Assembly: GCA_964016885.1 (NCBI GenBank)
Contig: OZ024750.1
Span: forward strand, 13,764,001 to 13,828,000
DNA: 64,000 bases
Source: Eledone cirrhosa
Lineage: Eukaryota
Direction of reading: 5' to 3'
In this document: in pieces, positions 47,961-58,829 of the stretch
Position numbering within the stretch: position 1 is the stretch's first letter
Layout of the letters: every line of letters begins with the position of its first letter
Position numbers and translations under genes: made by a program
Notes under the pieces: generated by a model
Told to the model about the DNA's origin: nothing
The model's input: the letters and a program-made list of their open reading frames with translations, nothing else
The model's database searches: none

Positions 47961-48789
47961 GCCTTCAAATTTCATTTTACATTATATACATTTTAATTAT
48001 TTAAAAATTATTTTTAAGTGAACATGACCCAACAGGTCACAGGTGGTCTAGTATACGTGTAAAAGCCTTCCAACACAATTTTATGTAAGAAGCTTTGTCA
48101 AATTATTTTCCAAACACCAACTTATTAGAATTTGACTATATGAAAAATCCTAGACAATGTCTTTCATTAGAAATATGGTAACGAAAGGGTTAAATTGCAA
48201 AGTATGAGTAAGAGCTGTTTTGTCAATAAGCCAATCTACAAGAAGAAAATTCTGTGACTCGCTCAAGAGCTCAACAATGACTGTAGTGAAGCATGAACCC
48301 AATAATAATGTGTTCAGTGATACAATAACTTAGCTTTGCAGTAATATCAAGCAAATAATATCGACCAACAATTGAAGCCAATATTCCAATTTGCAGCATC
48401 CACAGATTTGTGGGAACAAGAAAAAAACATTTAAAGAATTTAAAAGAGAAAAAATAATTCTGATGCATCTCAATATTGAAACTGTTTCCATAATTCAATA
48501 CTAACAATCAAATCTGAAAATGCCTGTAAAACCTTTTTTTTTTTTTTTTTTTTGGTCTTATATTCCATTTTTATAATCATTCAATGTATTTTCTAAGAAA
48601 GTGTTGGATGGGTGAAATGCATTTGTAATGAAGAGAATATGTAAATGATATGCAAAAACAATTACCCAGATTGAGGCTATCTAATTTGGCGGGAAGACCA
48701 TACTGAACAGCAGCAATCAGTTTCAAAGCAATATAAAATTGACTTCGACCAAAATGACCTAGTCTTTTAGCTCCACATAGCTCAGAAAT
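11388..48789 (-). CDS. REPS1: RalBP1-associated Eps domain-containing protein (REPS1/REPS2 homologue), 5'-partial; 19 core exons, 2670 nt, 889 aa in window
   Basis: N-terminal [22 protein letters not shown]; [10 protein letters not shown]; central EH domain ([55 protein letters not shown]); [11 protein letters not shown]; C-terminal coiled coil [34 protein letters not shown]. All exon phases are consistent. Confidence 0.96.
12391..12452 (-). CDS. REPS1: REPS1 62-nt exon ([20 protein letters not shown])
   Basis: gttttag| acceptor, AG|gtaggt donor; phase 0-2. Confidence 0.88.
12755..12798 (-). CDS. REPS1: REPS1 44-nt exon ([14 protein letters not shown])
   Basis: ctttcag| acceptor, AAG|gtaagt donor; phase 1-0. 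Confidence 0.82.
13382..13415 (-). CDS. REPS1: REPS1 34-nt exon ([11 protein letters not shown])
   Basis: gttttag| acceptor, G|gttagt donor; phase 0-1 required by neighbours. Confidence 0.8.
13746..13918 (+). repeat. About 2.4 tandem copies of a ~74-bp unit
   Basis: aacaatccacctg and ccattgcacagaac recur at ~74-bp spacing. Confidence 0.8.
14150..14335 (-). mobile_element. RTE LINE RT fragment
   Basis: Homologous to 3830-4020 ([24 protein letters not shown]). Confidence 0.75.
15264..15470 (-). CDS. REPS1: REPS1 exon ([11 protein letters not shown]...[14 protein letters not shown])
   Basis: ttcatcag| acceptor, GGG|gtaaga donor; phase 0-0, 69 open codons. Confidence 0.8.
15600..15945 (-). mobile_element. 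Composite SINE copy
   Basis: SINE head at 15785-15945 plus tail shared with 2680-2800. Confidence 0.7.
17802..17857 (-). CDS. REPS1: REPS1 exon ([18 protein letters not shown])
   Basis: ttttcag| acceptor, GAT|gtatgt donor; PPAVPPR SH3-ligand motif. Confidence 0.9.
18472..18495 (-). CDS. REPS1: Candidate 24-nt microexon of REPS1 (VLALSVRK)
   Basis: atttctttccatag| acceptor, T|gttagt donor; phase 1-1, open frame. Confidence 0.5.
19003..19218. mobile_element. piggyBac-type MITE family A
   Basis: TTAA-CCCTTTAGCATTTA...TAAATACTAAAGGG-TTAA. Confidence 0.85.
20011..20283 (-). CDS. REPS1: REPS1 exon ([10 protein letters not shown]...[26 protein letters not shown])
   Basis: ttcctcag| acceptor, G|gtaggt donor; PPxPPRP...HxRxxS.D motif typical of REPS proteins. 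Confidence 0.9.
21340..21560 (+). repeat. Degenerate tandem array (about 4 x 50-55 bp, agcagagt.cactgggtacattttat)
   Basis: Repeated motif; related arrays at 7520-7640 and 34100-34230. Confidence 0.65.
23021..23330. mobile_element. piggyBac-type MITE family A, symmetric variant with long arms at both ends
   Basis: TTAA at both ends; ~60-bp inverted arms; three internal copies of ttatgtgagataattatct. Confidence 0.8.
23470..23739. mobile_element. Foldback/MITE-like element with ~62-bp inverted arms
   Basis: caataaaaacacacgcacctgttgg and its exact reverse complement about 200 bp apart. Confidence 0.75.
24027..24083 (+). repeat. (GA)n microsatellite
   Basis: Direct observation. Confidence 0.95.
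24256..24510 (-). CDS. REPS1: REPS1 exon ([10 protein letters not shown]...[14 protein letters not shown])
   Basis: ttttcag| acceptor, G|gtacgc donor; phase 1-1; Ser/Pro-rich open frame. Confidence 0.88.
25296..25555 (+). mobile_element. 3' remnant of a restriction-like-endonuclease (HERO/NeSL-type) non-LTR retrotransposon
   Basis: [24 protein letters not shown] / [24 protein letters not shown] resembles the VEVGCRGF...AAExASxWLW C-terminus of HERO-clade ORFs. Confidence 0.75.
25608..25941 (+). repeat. Minisatellite, about 11 copies of a 29-bp unit (gtaattatgtgaggggtcttcttggagat)
   Basis: Tandem copies, more diverged at the left end. Confidence 0.95.
28469..28750. repeat. Long imperfect palindrome (foldback)
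   Basis: aatagaagtaaccgagactgcataaat versus atttatgtagtcttggttacttctatt; inner ccctgtaaa/tttacaggg. Confidence 0.8.
30520..30657 (-). mobile_element. tRNA-derived CORE-type SINE head
   Basis: A-box tggcttagtgg, B-box gagttcaattc, CORE-like ccttgagcaagacactttatttcac; related copy at 63001-63290. Confidence 0.75.
31562..31793 (+). repeat. Recent direct tandem duplication of a ~115-bp unit ending in (aaat)n
   Basis: Two near-identical copies. Confidence 0.9.
31834..32014 (-). mobile_element. Young tRNA-derived SINE with 12-bp target-site duplication
   Basis: caataaaataat at 31822-31833 and 32015-32026. Confidence 0.88.
32372..32480 (-). CDS. REPS1: REPS1 exon ([22 protein letters not shown]...)
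   Basis: cttctag| acceptor, G|gttagt donor; conserved IxHPVxxRMxP motif. Confidence 0.93.
32861..33033. mobile_element. piggyBac-type MITE family A adjacent to a REPS1 donor site
   Basis: TTAA-CCCTTTAG...GCTAATGGG-TTAA. Confidence 0.82.
33041..33148 (-). CDS. REPS1: REPS1 exon ([36 protein letters not shown])
   Basis: cattgcag| acceptor, CCT|gtgagt donor; phase 0-0. Confidence 0.88.
34477..34553 (-). CDS. REPS1: REPS1 exon ([25 protein letters not shown])
   Basis: ttattag| acceptor, CAG|gtaaat donor; phase 1-0. Confidence 0.88.
35464..35615 (-). CDS. REPS1: REPS1 EH-domain exon with EF-hand ([24 protein letters not shown]...LPVSLMP)
   Basis: tatgcag| acceptor, A|gtgagt donor (alternative in-phase gtaaaa donor 6 nt upstream). 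Confidence 0.96.
36118..36181 (-). CDS. REPS1: REPS1 EH-domain exon ([20 protein letters not shown])
   Basis: cttctag| acceptor, TG|gtaagt donor. Confidence 0.96.
36349..36537 (-). CDS. REPS1: REPS1 exon, start of EH domain ([23 protein letters not shown])
   Basis: atttcag| acceptor, G|gtaaga donor. Confidence 0.96.
37145..37345. mobile_element. piggyBac-type MITE family A
   Basis: TTAA TSD and CCCTTTA TIRs. Confidence 0.85.
37394..37829 (-). CDS. REPS1: REPS1 exon ([24 protein letters not shown]...[11 protein letters not shown])
   Basis: cttttag| acceptor, G|gtatga donor; SPxQSPPTSP and WxxF motifs. Confidence 0.93.
37990..38260 (+). mobile_element. RTE LINE fragment (endonuclease remnant joined to linker region)
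   Basis: [15 protein letters not shown] and [21 protein letters not shown]. Confidence 0.65.
38850..39150 (-). mobile_element. RTE LINE 3' end fragment
   Basis: [27 protein letters not shown] followed by a (gat)n tail. Confidence 0.6.
40715..40897 (+). mobile_element. tRNA-derived SINE
   Basis: Highly similar to the copies at 6151 and 31834. Confidence 0.85.
42255..42332 (-). CDS. REPS1: Candidate alternative 78-nt cassette exon of REPS1 ([26 protein letters not shown])
   Basis: Pyrimidine tract + aag| acceptor, AAG|gtcagt donor; phase 0-0, open frame; TGCATG downstream. Confidence 0.55.
42952..43132 (-). CDS. REPS1: REPS1 exon (VCPVNANSG...[17 protein letters not shown]...QYSQ)
   Basis: gttgcag| acceptor, CAG|gtagat donor; phase 2-0. 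Confidence 0.9.
43212..43575 (+). mobile_element. Mariner-type MITE, internally duplicated (head-to-tail dimer of a ~180-bp unit)
   Basis: TA-CGAGGG start; ttcataggctgac/gtcagcctatgaa inverted ends; monomer at 61083-61276 and fragment at 47160-47220. Confidence 0.75.
43869..43950 (-). CDS. REPS1: REPS1 exon ([26 protein letters not shown])
   Basis: cccttcag| acceptor, GG|gtaagt donor; phase 1-2 bridges neighbouring exons. Confidence 0.85.
44183..44757 (+). mobile_element. Cluster of three tandem, degenerate SINE copies
   Basis: Repeated aaattgctggcc.tgtgcc tails and actttgcc cores. Confidence 0.75.
45412..45598. mobile_element. TTAA-flanked MITE family B
   Basis: TTAACCCTTT...GGTAACAAAAGGGTTAA; reverse-complement match to 62726-62941. 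Confidence 0.75.
46652..46696 (-). CDS. REPS1: REPS1 45-nt exon ([14 protein letters not shown])
   Basis: ttccatag| acceptor, G|gtaagt donor; LPKF matches the LPRF motif after the first EH-like domain. Confidence 0.88.
47431..47648 (+). mobile_element. tRNA-derived SINE
   Basis: Head, core and tail all present. Confidence 0.8.
48666..48789 (-). CDS. REPS1: REPS1 exon ([41 protein letters not shown]), N-terminal EH-like domain
   Basis: ttttcag| acceptor, G|gtaatt donor; phase 0-1. Confidence 0.96.
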
Positions 48790-48952
48790 CTGAAAATAGA
48801 ATAAACAGAACAGATAAATAAATAAATAAATAAATAAAATAAACAAATAAATAAATATACACAATGTCAGCAGAAATAGAAGAAAAAAAAAATCTTTTTC
48901 GGAGTTAATTTAAAAATTTAGTAAATTGTAAAAGGATCTATACAAAAAGAAT

Positions 48953-49156
48953 TACCATATATACTTGAATATAAGCCAACCTCACTATTTTATTTCTGAG
49001 AAATGGGCATAAACCTTATTTATGTAGAATTTGAAGCTGGTGAAAATAGTCAAAATATTGATCCCGAATATAAGCTGACCTTCCCCCTTCTAACATGGAT
49101 GGGTGGGGGGTGGGGGGGTCACATGTTCCTTGGCTTATATTTGGGTATATACGGTA
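48953..49156. mobile_element. Tc1/mariner/pogo-type MITE
   Basis: TA-CCATATATACTTGAATATAAGCCAA...TTGGCTTATATTTGGGTATATACGG-TA. Confidence 0.75.
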
Positions 49157-50629
49157 TATATAAAAGTTTTAAAACATATTCACAAACACACACACACACA
49201 CACACATCAGAGGGGTAACTGAAAGAGAAATTAAGAATTAACAAGAAATTCAATTTACAAAGGTGTGAAGGGATAATCAATAAAAATCACAGAGGTTCCT
49301 TCTATAAATAGGAATGGTTGAAAGAAAGAAAAAAATGTGAGGGATACCTAGAAAGAAAGACTGAGAAACATAGCTATAGAGAGAAAGCTGATAATAAAGG
49401 CACAAGAAAAATTAAAAAAATAAAATATTACTACAGCAGTTTGTTGTTAGTTTTTGTTCTTGTTTGTCTCATAACTCCTAAGGAGTCGTAGGGGCAACCT
49501 AGTGACATACAGTGTATCTAGGACATTTTTAAAACCTGGTGGCACCCATCCCATACAGCAGATTTCTTCCAGAAAAGAATAGAAAGTGAGAGAATGGAAG
49601 TGACCTTGAATGGATGAAAGGCAAAGTTGATCTCAACAGAATTTGAACTGAGAGAGCAGAGAGCCAAAACAAATACTGCAAAGCATTCTAGCTGACATTC
49701 TAATGATTCTGCCAATTCGCTGCCTTTGATTTTAGTTATACACTGTTAAAAAAATATTAGAACCAAGAAAGAAACTAATGTGTTGGTTTATTGTTGACAC
49801 AAGCACAGGACAACCTCATAAATCCTGTATATATGTATGTGTGTTATTTATAGACACAAGAGTGGTGGATTGGTTATGTGGCAATATCATTAGAGTGCTG
49901 GACAAAATGCATTGCAGAATTTAATTCTGACTTTCTATGTTCACCAAGGTCAACTTTGCTTTTCATCCTTTTGATGTCAATAAAATAAAGTACCAGTTAT
50001 ATACTGGCATTGATATAATTGACTTTTCTCTCCCCATAAATTGTTGTCCTTATGACTAAACTAGAAATCATTTTATACATAGTTATACTTCAGATTGCTA
50101 ATTGAAAAATAATCTTGGTGTCGTTATTATCCTGGTGCTACTTATTTTCAATAAGTTAATGAGGAAACCTCTCTGCATTCATTTCCCTTGCTAGAAAGAG
50201 GAACAAAACCGCCCTCAAATTTGTCTCTTAAATATAGATGAATATACTGAACTACTCAGTCATTGACATAATATACTGAAAGAAAATACAGGATAGTCAT
50301 GGCTAGAATTCTACACAGCAGTTGAACACACTTGAGTAGTCAGAGGTGTGACACGTTTGGAAGAAGGAGTCTATGAGTAACACAGTTGTTTAACTCAAGA
50401 ACACAACACAACCTGGCTGCACATGTCAATCCTATTCAGGAAGATTATAATATAGCAATTCACTGTAATTGTAGTTAGTTTCTGTGCTTAATCATTCTAC
50501 ATCTTCTATAAATTTATTTCCCCAGCTTCGTAAGTTTGAAATTTCAAGCTTCCCACACAATGTTTGTTCACATTTTCAAAATTTGTTTGATTCAGTTCCT
50601 TAATTTAGACAATAAGATGTTAACAGAGA

Positions 50630-50710
50630 TTTCTTAGCTCAATGGTGAAAGCACTCAGCCAGTATCTGAATGATATGGATTTCGATTCCTTGTAGCGGCC
50701 GCTGTCAACA
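50630..50710 (+). other. tRNA-like (A-box/B-box) element, probably a SINE head or pseudo-tRNA
   Basis: tagctcaatggt ... ttcgattcc; related degenerate copy at 59755-59830; no convincing cloverleaf. Confidence 0.45.
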
Positions 50711-53102
50711 TCTTTTACTAACCATCTCTAAGGGTCTTTATCTGATTTTTATAAACTATTTTATAGCAACTGACTAATTGCAGTTATTTTCTGTACTTAA
50801 ACATTCTACATCTTCTACAAATTTTATTAGTAAATGTTTAAAATATCAAATAAGTTATCCTTTTGTTGTAAATACGAGAACACTTAAAGAAAAAAAAGAA
50901 AAAAAAGAAAAAAAAGAAAAAAACTTATGAAATAAAACTAAAAAGTAAATTAAAATATAGCGTATTTTTACAAAATGAGAGCGACTGCTATTTCGTTTCT
51001 AAAACATATAGTATACAAGGGAAGTGGTATTAAAACAAATTATTTCTGAACAACAATACAAGGATTATACAGTCACATGTGTTTAAGTGCAGGTGTGTGT
51101 TTTTATTAATCATATATTTTTACCTCAATGACATTTATTTTCACATTGCATTCATGTTTGTTTAAGATTAATAATGAAATAAAACTAATTAATTTGCCAG
51201 AATAATTATTAAAAACCTATTCTATCTTAAACTCTTAATTTAAAATTATTAATCAATTCCTATGTAATTACATGAAATATTTGTAACTATAATTAATATT
51301 GGCTTGATTAATTGCTTTCTAAACGTTTAACAAAGCTACAAGAAATTAGCACAAATAGGTAAAGCTTTTCCCATTTAATAACCAGTAATTATCTCACTAA
51401 AATACTAGAGTTATCTCCTAGTATAATTAGAGAGAGAGAAGGGAGGATTTACAGCATCTGGATACAAATAAATGAAATTATTTATCGTCACGTTCTATGA
51501 AAATGTAAATGATAGATTTCAGATAAGTTAATTATGAGATTAAAGGTATGTATGAACCCATAACTCTTAGTGAAGTCGGTGGGGCGCCAGAGTATCATAC
51601 AGTGTTTCTTGGGCATTTTTAAAACCTGGATACTAATTCAAAAGAAGATATAGTTGTTTAGCCCCAAGTCAGCTCTGGGGAGTAGACCTGTGATCAAAAT
51701 ATGCTCCACCTGTGACCAAAATATCATTTTTGAATATTGAACTACATTGTCAAATATATCCTTCATTATAGGCAGAAGAATGTGCTTTGAGGGAGATTTT
51801 GCTACATGATTAAGCATCAGCATTGAGGGGGCAGTGTCCTTAATTGGTTCATGAAGATTATAGGGCATAGCAACAGTCATCATCATTGTTTAACAAATCT
51901 TCCACATTTAACCTCTTGCTTGCTGCACACACACCCCTCTTTGTAAGACTAATTTTGTTGTTACGAACAAAATAAATCCCCGAAACCCCTGTCACTCCTT
52001 TCTTATGCTAGCTATACTTTCATTACAATCACCACCAACACTAATTATATCATAAATGTAACAGAAATTATGAATTGCTAGCCAGCCAGCTCAATAACTT
52101 CCTTCCATACAATCTACTCGTGTACAATTTAGATATCTAAAGACCCAATTAAGTATTAGTCTACCATTGAGATCCTGCATCTCTTCTGTACTTATTGCTC
52201 GTTGTATTGAGTACACAGTATTAAGTTACTATCAATGTCCTACCTACACATTGATAACACTAGATTCTAAACTATCCATTAACATTTCTCATTTAGGCTT
52301 CAAAATTATTTTCTTTAAGTTACCGAAAGCCACTTTTACCATATGTTATATTAACATAGCATGCATGAATGAATGGGCCCGTAACTGCTAATGGAGTTAG
52401 GGGGGGGGGGGGGGGGGGGGCAGAGAGAGAAAGAGGAAGAAATGAGAAAGAGAGAGAGAGAGAGAGAGAGGAAGAAATGAGGAAGAGACAGAGAGGGGAA
52501 ATGAGATAGAGCGAGGAAAAAATGAGAAAGAGACAGAAAGGAAGAAATGACCCCAAAAAGATGAAAGGCAAAGTTGACTTCAGTAGGATTTGAACTCAGA
52601 GAATGTTAGAGAGCAGGAATGAACACAGCAAAGCATCTATCCAATAGTCTAATGACTCAGCAAATTTGCCATACTTACATTCATGTTTTCCACCATAAAT
52701 GTTTATCTAAACTTGATATGATTCAATATATAATACAAACCATCCTGGTTCTACCAATTGATTATATAATCATTCAATGACCTGAATTATGGTTTTTTGT
52801 TTTAACTTTTCATGTTAAATCAAAATTGCTGACTATAAATAACAATTGCATTTAACACAGCAAACAAAGCCTATACAATAACTGGTGACCATCTGGAAAA
52901 TTCACAAGAGAAAGCATTTTGAGAGCCAATGTGAGTCAGTGCACCCAGTGTGTGCAACAGACTGTATCTTAGCTTCTTTGTAAGCTATATGCACGTGCTT
53001 ACGATAAATGGATGCAGTTTTTGTTTTGATTTGTTTTTTTATTAATTAGTGAGAGGAAGAGGGACAATGCACTTAGAATTTCTGATCTATTTAAAGGTTG
53101 TA

Positions 53103-53510
53103 GATTGGCAGCATCATTAGAGTATTGGACAAAATGCTTTGTGGAATTTAATTATAACTTGCTACATTCTCAGTTCAAGTCCTGTCGAGGTTAACTTTGT
53201 CTTTCTTCTTTCCAGGGTCGATAAAATAAAGTGCCAGTAAAGTACTGGGATTAGTATAATTGACTTTCCCCTTCCACAAAAAATTGTTGGCCTTGTGCCT
53301 AAACAGCTTTTATCACCTCAAACTAAGTCTTCCTACTCCACGAATTCCATCAACTTTGAGCACCCTTCACCTTTTTATACAGCTGTCATCCATCATTCGT
53401 ATCACATGCCCATACCAAAGCAATCTCTTCTCCTGCACACTGCATCTGATTCCTCTTATGCGCAGTTTCTCTCTGTTCATTTATGCTTTGCTGTTCATGC
53501 ATATTACTAT
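53103..53510. mobile_element. SINE (+) abutting an RTE 3' fragment (-)
   Basis: SINE core at 53103-53302; RGIRCSVQEKRLLWYGHVIRM on the minus strand. Confidence 0.7.
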
Positions 53511-53894
53511 TATACATCCAATGTTTTAAAAAATTAAAATATCAAATATGTATATATACAAGTATAACTTTAGCATGATAAAAAATATATTAATAATTCA
53601 ACAACACAGTCTTATAATTATCTTGGAATATTTACTGATTCCAAAAGACAGATCTAAGACAGATCTAAGTCATACATGTATCAATAATTTTATCTTTAAT
53701 TAAAAGATAATGATAATTCCAATTTGATTATAACAAGATTTAACATATAGTAAAAATATTCAATGTTAAAAAAAAACAGTCTTTGAGAATATTAAAAATA
53801 CTATGAAAGTAAATCTTGCATGAGACAAATTATGAAACGAACTTTAGAAGTAAAAATCTGCCTTTAGAAATGCTGGGTAAATCTTGGTATTTCT

Positions 53895-54109
53895 TTAACC
53901 CTTTAGCATTTAAACCGGCCAGAATTCTCTCACCTCTTTCTGTTCAAACCGGCCATAACTGGTCACTCATACTGATAAGGTATTGTTCTCAAAATAAATA
54001 ACATCAAAATCTCATAGATTTGATATTGAGAGAGATAATTATGAAGATAAAACCTTTACCACAAAAATACAATAGTATATATATAGTAATGTAAATGCTA
54101 AAGGGTTAA
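53895..54109. mobile_element. piggyBac-type MITE family A, best-preserved copy
   Basis: Perfect 14-bp TIR CCCTTTAGCATTTA with TTAA on both sides. Confidence 0.9.
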
Positions 54110-56811
54110 AGAAATGTCACAGACAATATAAACGGAAAAAAAAATGAAAATGAAACCAAATAGTTTTTTATGTTAATATTTTTAAACTATTTTAATTGTA
54201 ATTCAGTCAATTTAACTTATTCATTAAAAATAGTTAATTAAATTTAGTTTAATATACAGATATTAAACATTTAAAAAAAAAACATGAATACTGAAATCCA
54301 GGCAGTGCAGTTTAAAAACTTCAAAATTGGTGTGTGAGTGTATGTATTGATATTTTTATTGACCGATCTTATTATTGATTGTTAGATATTAGTTGTATTA
54401 ATTTTGTTGGTAACCGTATTTTGTGGGATATATCAATAATTTTGATATTTTTATTAGATAATTTGATGGTCAATTGGTTGTTAGTCATTTTAATTTTTGT
54501 TGAGAATCCTAACTAACTTGTTCAATATTACCACTACACCATTGATACTGTAAGTAGTCTGTTACTGGAGTAATTCCAGTTAGCATTGAGTAAAATGGTA
54601 TGAGGCACTATGTTGCAGCACCATGGATGCAAGGAACACCTCATGGTAATGTGATTTCGTGAATTTATTAATATATATATATATGTTTTATACAAAACAG
54701 ACACCCATGAACAAGATATTTATTTATCCCACACAACACAGGGAGGGTATGGTTAACATTTAATTTGAAATATAAAGCAGCAATGTTTAAAAAAATTATT
54801 TTTATATAGTACCAAAGACTGCTTTGAGAATTTTTTTTTTAACCTGATTCATAATTTATGTATTTTGAAGTATTTACGAGAAGCAAAGAGGTAACATTAC
54901 TGCCAATAGGAAAATGTTAATGTAGATGAAAATGGAAATGGATGATATAATACCATGTGTATATAATGTCATCGCTGTAGTAGTGTGAAACTTCAAGACC
55001 TTATTACTTAACAAAAGATTCTTACAGAAAATTATAATGGAAGATTTTTAGATAAATAAATATATACATATACATCAGGTCCAAACACAATGGAACCAAA
55101 CTCCCACTGTCACTGCCTCTCCCCATCTCTCACTACTATAAGCAAATGTGGGCCCACGCGCTGGCCACCCTGCAGCCCAGGCAGACAGAATAGAGAAGGT
55201 GTTTCCCTGGAGGATGGTGAAGGAGACGTGCTGATTGTGGTTACTCAAGGAAAGCCATGTTTGTTTTATATATTTGGCATCATTACTGATCCCAATTTTA
55301 AATACACAATTTTCATTTACTTCTACTGTGTGATTGGTAAAAGTTGATGAAATGGGAACCAACATTACATAGCTTATTTATAAGAATTTATATGGCTAGT
55401 TATCCATAATTCAATATACATCTACTGACATCTGTGTGTATGGGCAAAAACAAAATGAATAACGCATTCATTCACATAAACAGTTCACTGTAAAAACTTT
55501 ACTAAGTGAACTTCTGATGTAATTCAAACTGGATTACATTACAGGAGAGTGACATAGATTTCACTTGAGAATGTATACAACATAGATTTCATGTCAGAAT
55601 ACCTTCATTGTATTTAATTACTTAATAACTTAGTATTTATAGGGATTACAGTGGGTTCAATTTCAGAATGGATGCAGCATTTCACTTCAGTATACACCCG
55701 TTGTTTTTAATTACTTAATAACTTAGTATTTATAGGAATTGCAGTGAATTCTAGAGGACAGCTGATATCTCTGAGGAGTATTTCATCTCAGCAACTATCC
55801 TAATTTATAGCCAGACATGGTAGAAATAGCAGTCAAATCTCTCTCAAATTACACCCTTTCATCTGATAATTTAAGATTATACCCAGGCACCATCAGGTAC
55901 TATTGTTAGTTTCTATAAAAAATAAAAAAAAGAAACAAAAGAATTAAATTACAGATTTATCTTTGAAAACAAACAATTTAAAGATCTCAGTTTATAGCTT
56001 TAAGGTATTTAATTGAAAATTATTGAGTTTATTCAATAAAACTGAAATAATTTAATGTATAAACCTGTTTATTTTCAATTTAATAAGTTGTTAAATTGAT
56101 TGAATTAGGATTGAAATTTTAAAACATTAAGAACTGCCATGTGTCTCTCTTGATAGAACCTAACTACCATACTGTGCTAACAAAACAACAGATTCAGCAG
56201 AATTCAGCAAAATTAAATAAAGTGAAGAAAAAAAATGAAGAAAGGAAAGTTGGAACAATAATGGTAAGAGTGTACATTTATAATTAAAACAAACAAATAT
56301 TAATGAATTCTTGAGCTGGAATCCTAATTAATCATGCTATTAAGAACAAAATACAAAGACAGTTGAAAGTTGTAAACCCCCACCACAACCCTTGCCAAAA
56401 AGTCTCAGAAATATTTAAAAGAAACGGCGGGGGGGGGGGGGGGGGGGGCAGAAATACACAAAATCGTTTTTTTATAAATTAGAAATTATATCTAATATAT
56501 AAGTCGCGCACCTAATGTTCAGAGGGCTGGCTGTTATTTTTGACAATATTTTTAAGAATAAATTTACATAATACGAGTATAAACAAGTAGAATTTTACTT
56601 CATTTGTTTTCAATAATATATGGTGCGTTTAAATGATGTTCAAAGCATTACCAAATACAGTTGTTTCTTAAAATGCAAGGCGTATATTGAATTACTTAGA
56701 CTTTAAAATACATCTTACATTTAGAAATATATGTATATATACATACACACACATATATACACCCACACATAGCTTTGTTACTGATTAATTATATATATAT
56801 ATATATATATA

Positions 56812-56910
56812 CAGGGTGTCCCCCAAAAATGGATACACACTTCAACAGTATTCTAATAAATAATGCCTATACAGGTAATCAAAGTGTGTATACATTTTTG
56901 GGACACCCTG
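56812..56910. mobile_element. 99-bp Tc1/mariner-type MITE inserted in a (TA)n tract
   Basis: CAGGGTGTCCC..AAAAATG.ATACACACTT with a matching inverted end. Confidence 0.8.
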
Positions 56911-56924
56911 CATGTGTGTGTGTC

Positions 56925-56972
<48 letters not shown>

Positions 56973-58644
56973 CATATATTAAATTCAGAATATACTCTTA
57001 AATGGTAAATCATTTTTCTGATGCAAAATAATTAACAGAATAAGATCTATGAAAATATAATATATTTCAGAGAGTTAATAATATATTATGAATGACTTAA
57101 GAGTAGAAATATAAAATATATGAAATAAGAACAAACCTATAACAGCAGTGAATGTAGAATGTCTACCTTCCTGGTTGTTTCCTATTATTAATCGACAGCG
57201 AGAAAGAAAGGAGTTTTGTGCTTTCCCAAGCATTGTTTTAGAACCATTCAGTTTCTTCTTAGTAATCGAAAGGTCTTTGTAACAAAGAGGAAAGAAAATG
57301 TCTATGAAGAAGTAGGCTAAATAGCAGTAAAACTGCTTTATTGGAGTAATTACAGCAGTAGAGAAAACTAGATTTCCTAAGGTAAACAAACAGCTCCAGC
57401 AAACAAATCTGAGCAATTGCCAATTTGGACTTAATTTTCATAAATATGTGGAACAAGCAAAAGACAAACTAAATTAAGATTCACAATGAAAAGTGACATA
57501 TAAAGATATACTGTAAGAACAGTAAATAGGAGATATCCACAGACGCATCTGGCATGTGCAGGGATTATTGACAAAAGACGCATATGCTAGAAGCAAGGGA
57601 CATTACAAATGCAGTTAACAATAACAACAAGCTCTGTTTTCTCCACAAGACAAAAATAGAGTAATTGAAGTGCATGCAAAAGGAGGTTTTATACTGAATA
57701 AGCAAGCAATCACAATAAATTTATAGAAACGTGTGAAGTGTACAGATGGGGTAGAATTATATAGAGTTAGGAGGGGAGAAAAAAAAAAAAGAACTTAAAT
57801 GAAAATACTATATCTGATATCCAATAGAAGTAATTTAAGATAAAAGAATCAGGGAATAATAATTGAAATTATAACAATAATAGTAACATGATCATTTGAA
57901 AATAGAATAAAAGAGAAAGAAAGAAAAAAGAATGAAAATAGTCTTCTGTGAAGATGATTTCTAGAAAGAAATTGTTTGATTACAAAATAAATGAAAATTA
58001 TTTGTTTCAGCCTAAAAGAAGAAATCTTTTTTTTTTAACACAATCACCTTCAGCCTGAAGCCAAATAAGTAATTTAGATTGTAGGTGTGCAGGGATAAAA
58101 AGCAATATATAAGCTGTTTCTTTTTAAACACAATATAATAATGAAAGACTCGTTTCACAAAGAAATAAACTAAAGATGGACAAAGAGAAAGTGAGAAATA
58201 CAAGTATTGTGCGTGTCCATATGTAATCATGTATTTGTCCAAGAAAGAATGTGTGTATGTTGCTACAATATGATAAAAAAAAGGAAAGATTTCATAACTT
58301 AATGAAATAAAAAGAAAAATACAGTTCCCTCATTCTTACTATGGACTGAATGGTTCTGCAAATTTAAATACTTGCATGAATAATTAAAGCAAAACAAATT
58401 CTCCAAGATTAGATTTCCAAGAAACTACAGCAAATTAATAATCTTCACAGGTATATGGTTTAATCTCAGATACAAGCAATAAGATCATGAAAGCTTTCAT
58501 CAGTTTTATTGCTGGATTGTTTTGTTTTATTGAAACAATCTATCTTGTATGTTATAAAAATAATAGCTAAGATATATTTCTTAGAAATTTAAATGGTAAC
58601 AAACAACCAAGAAATAGATATAGGGTCAATTTTTTCAGCTTCAT

Positions 58645-58829
58645 TTAACCCTTTAGCATTTACATCCTCATATAACTATCTCACATAATATAGAATCTAT
58701 GAGATTTTGATATTATTTATTTTGAGAACACCTTAACATCAGTATGAGCAGCCAGTTACAGCGAGTTTGAACAAAAAAAGGTGAAAGAATTCTGGTCGGA
58801 TACGGCCGGTTTAAATGCTAAAGTGTTAA
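58645..58829. mobile_element. piggyBac-type MITE family A
   Basis: TTAA TSD and TIRs. Confidence 0.82.

Noticed and set aside
50630-50710. Functional tRNA gene
   Set aside because: A and B boxes are present but no convincing acceptor or anticodon stems; a second degenerate copy suggests a SINE-like repeat
56488-56705. Possible Helitron 5' end (atctaatatataa)
   Set aside because: No 3' hairpin plus CTAG terminus and no second copy seen
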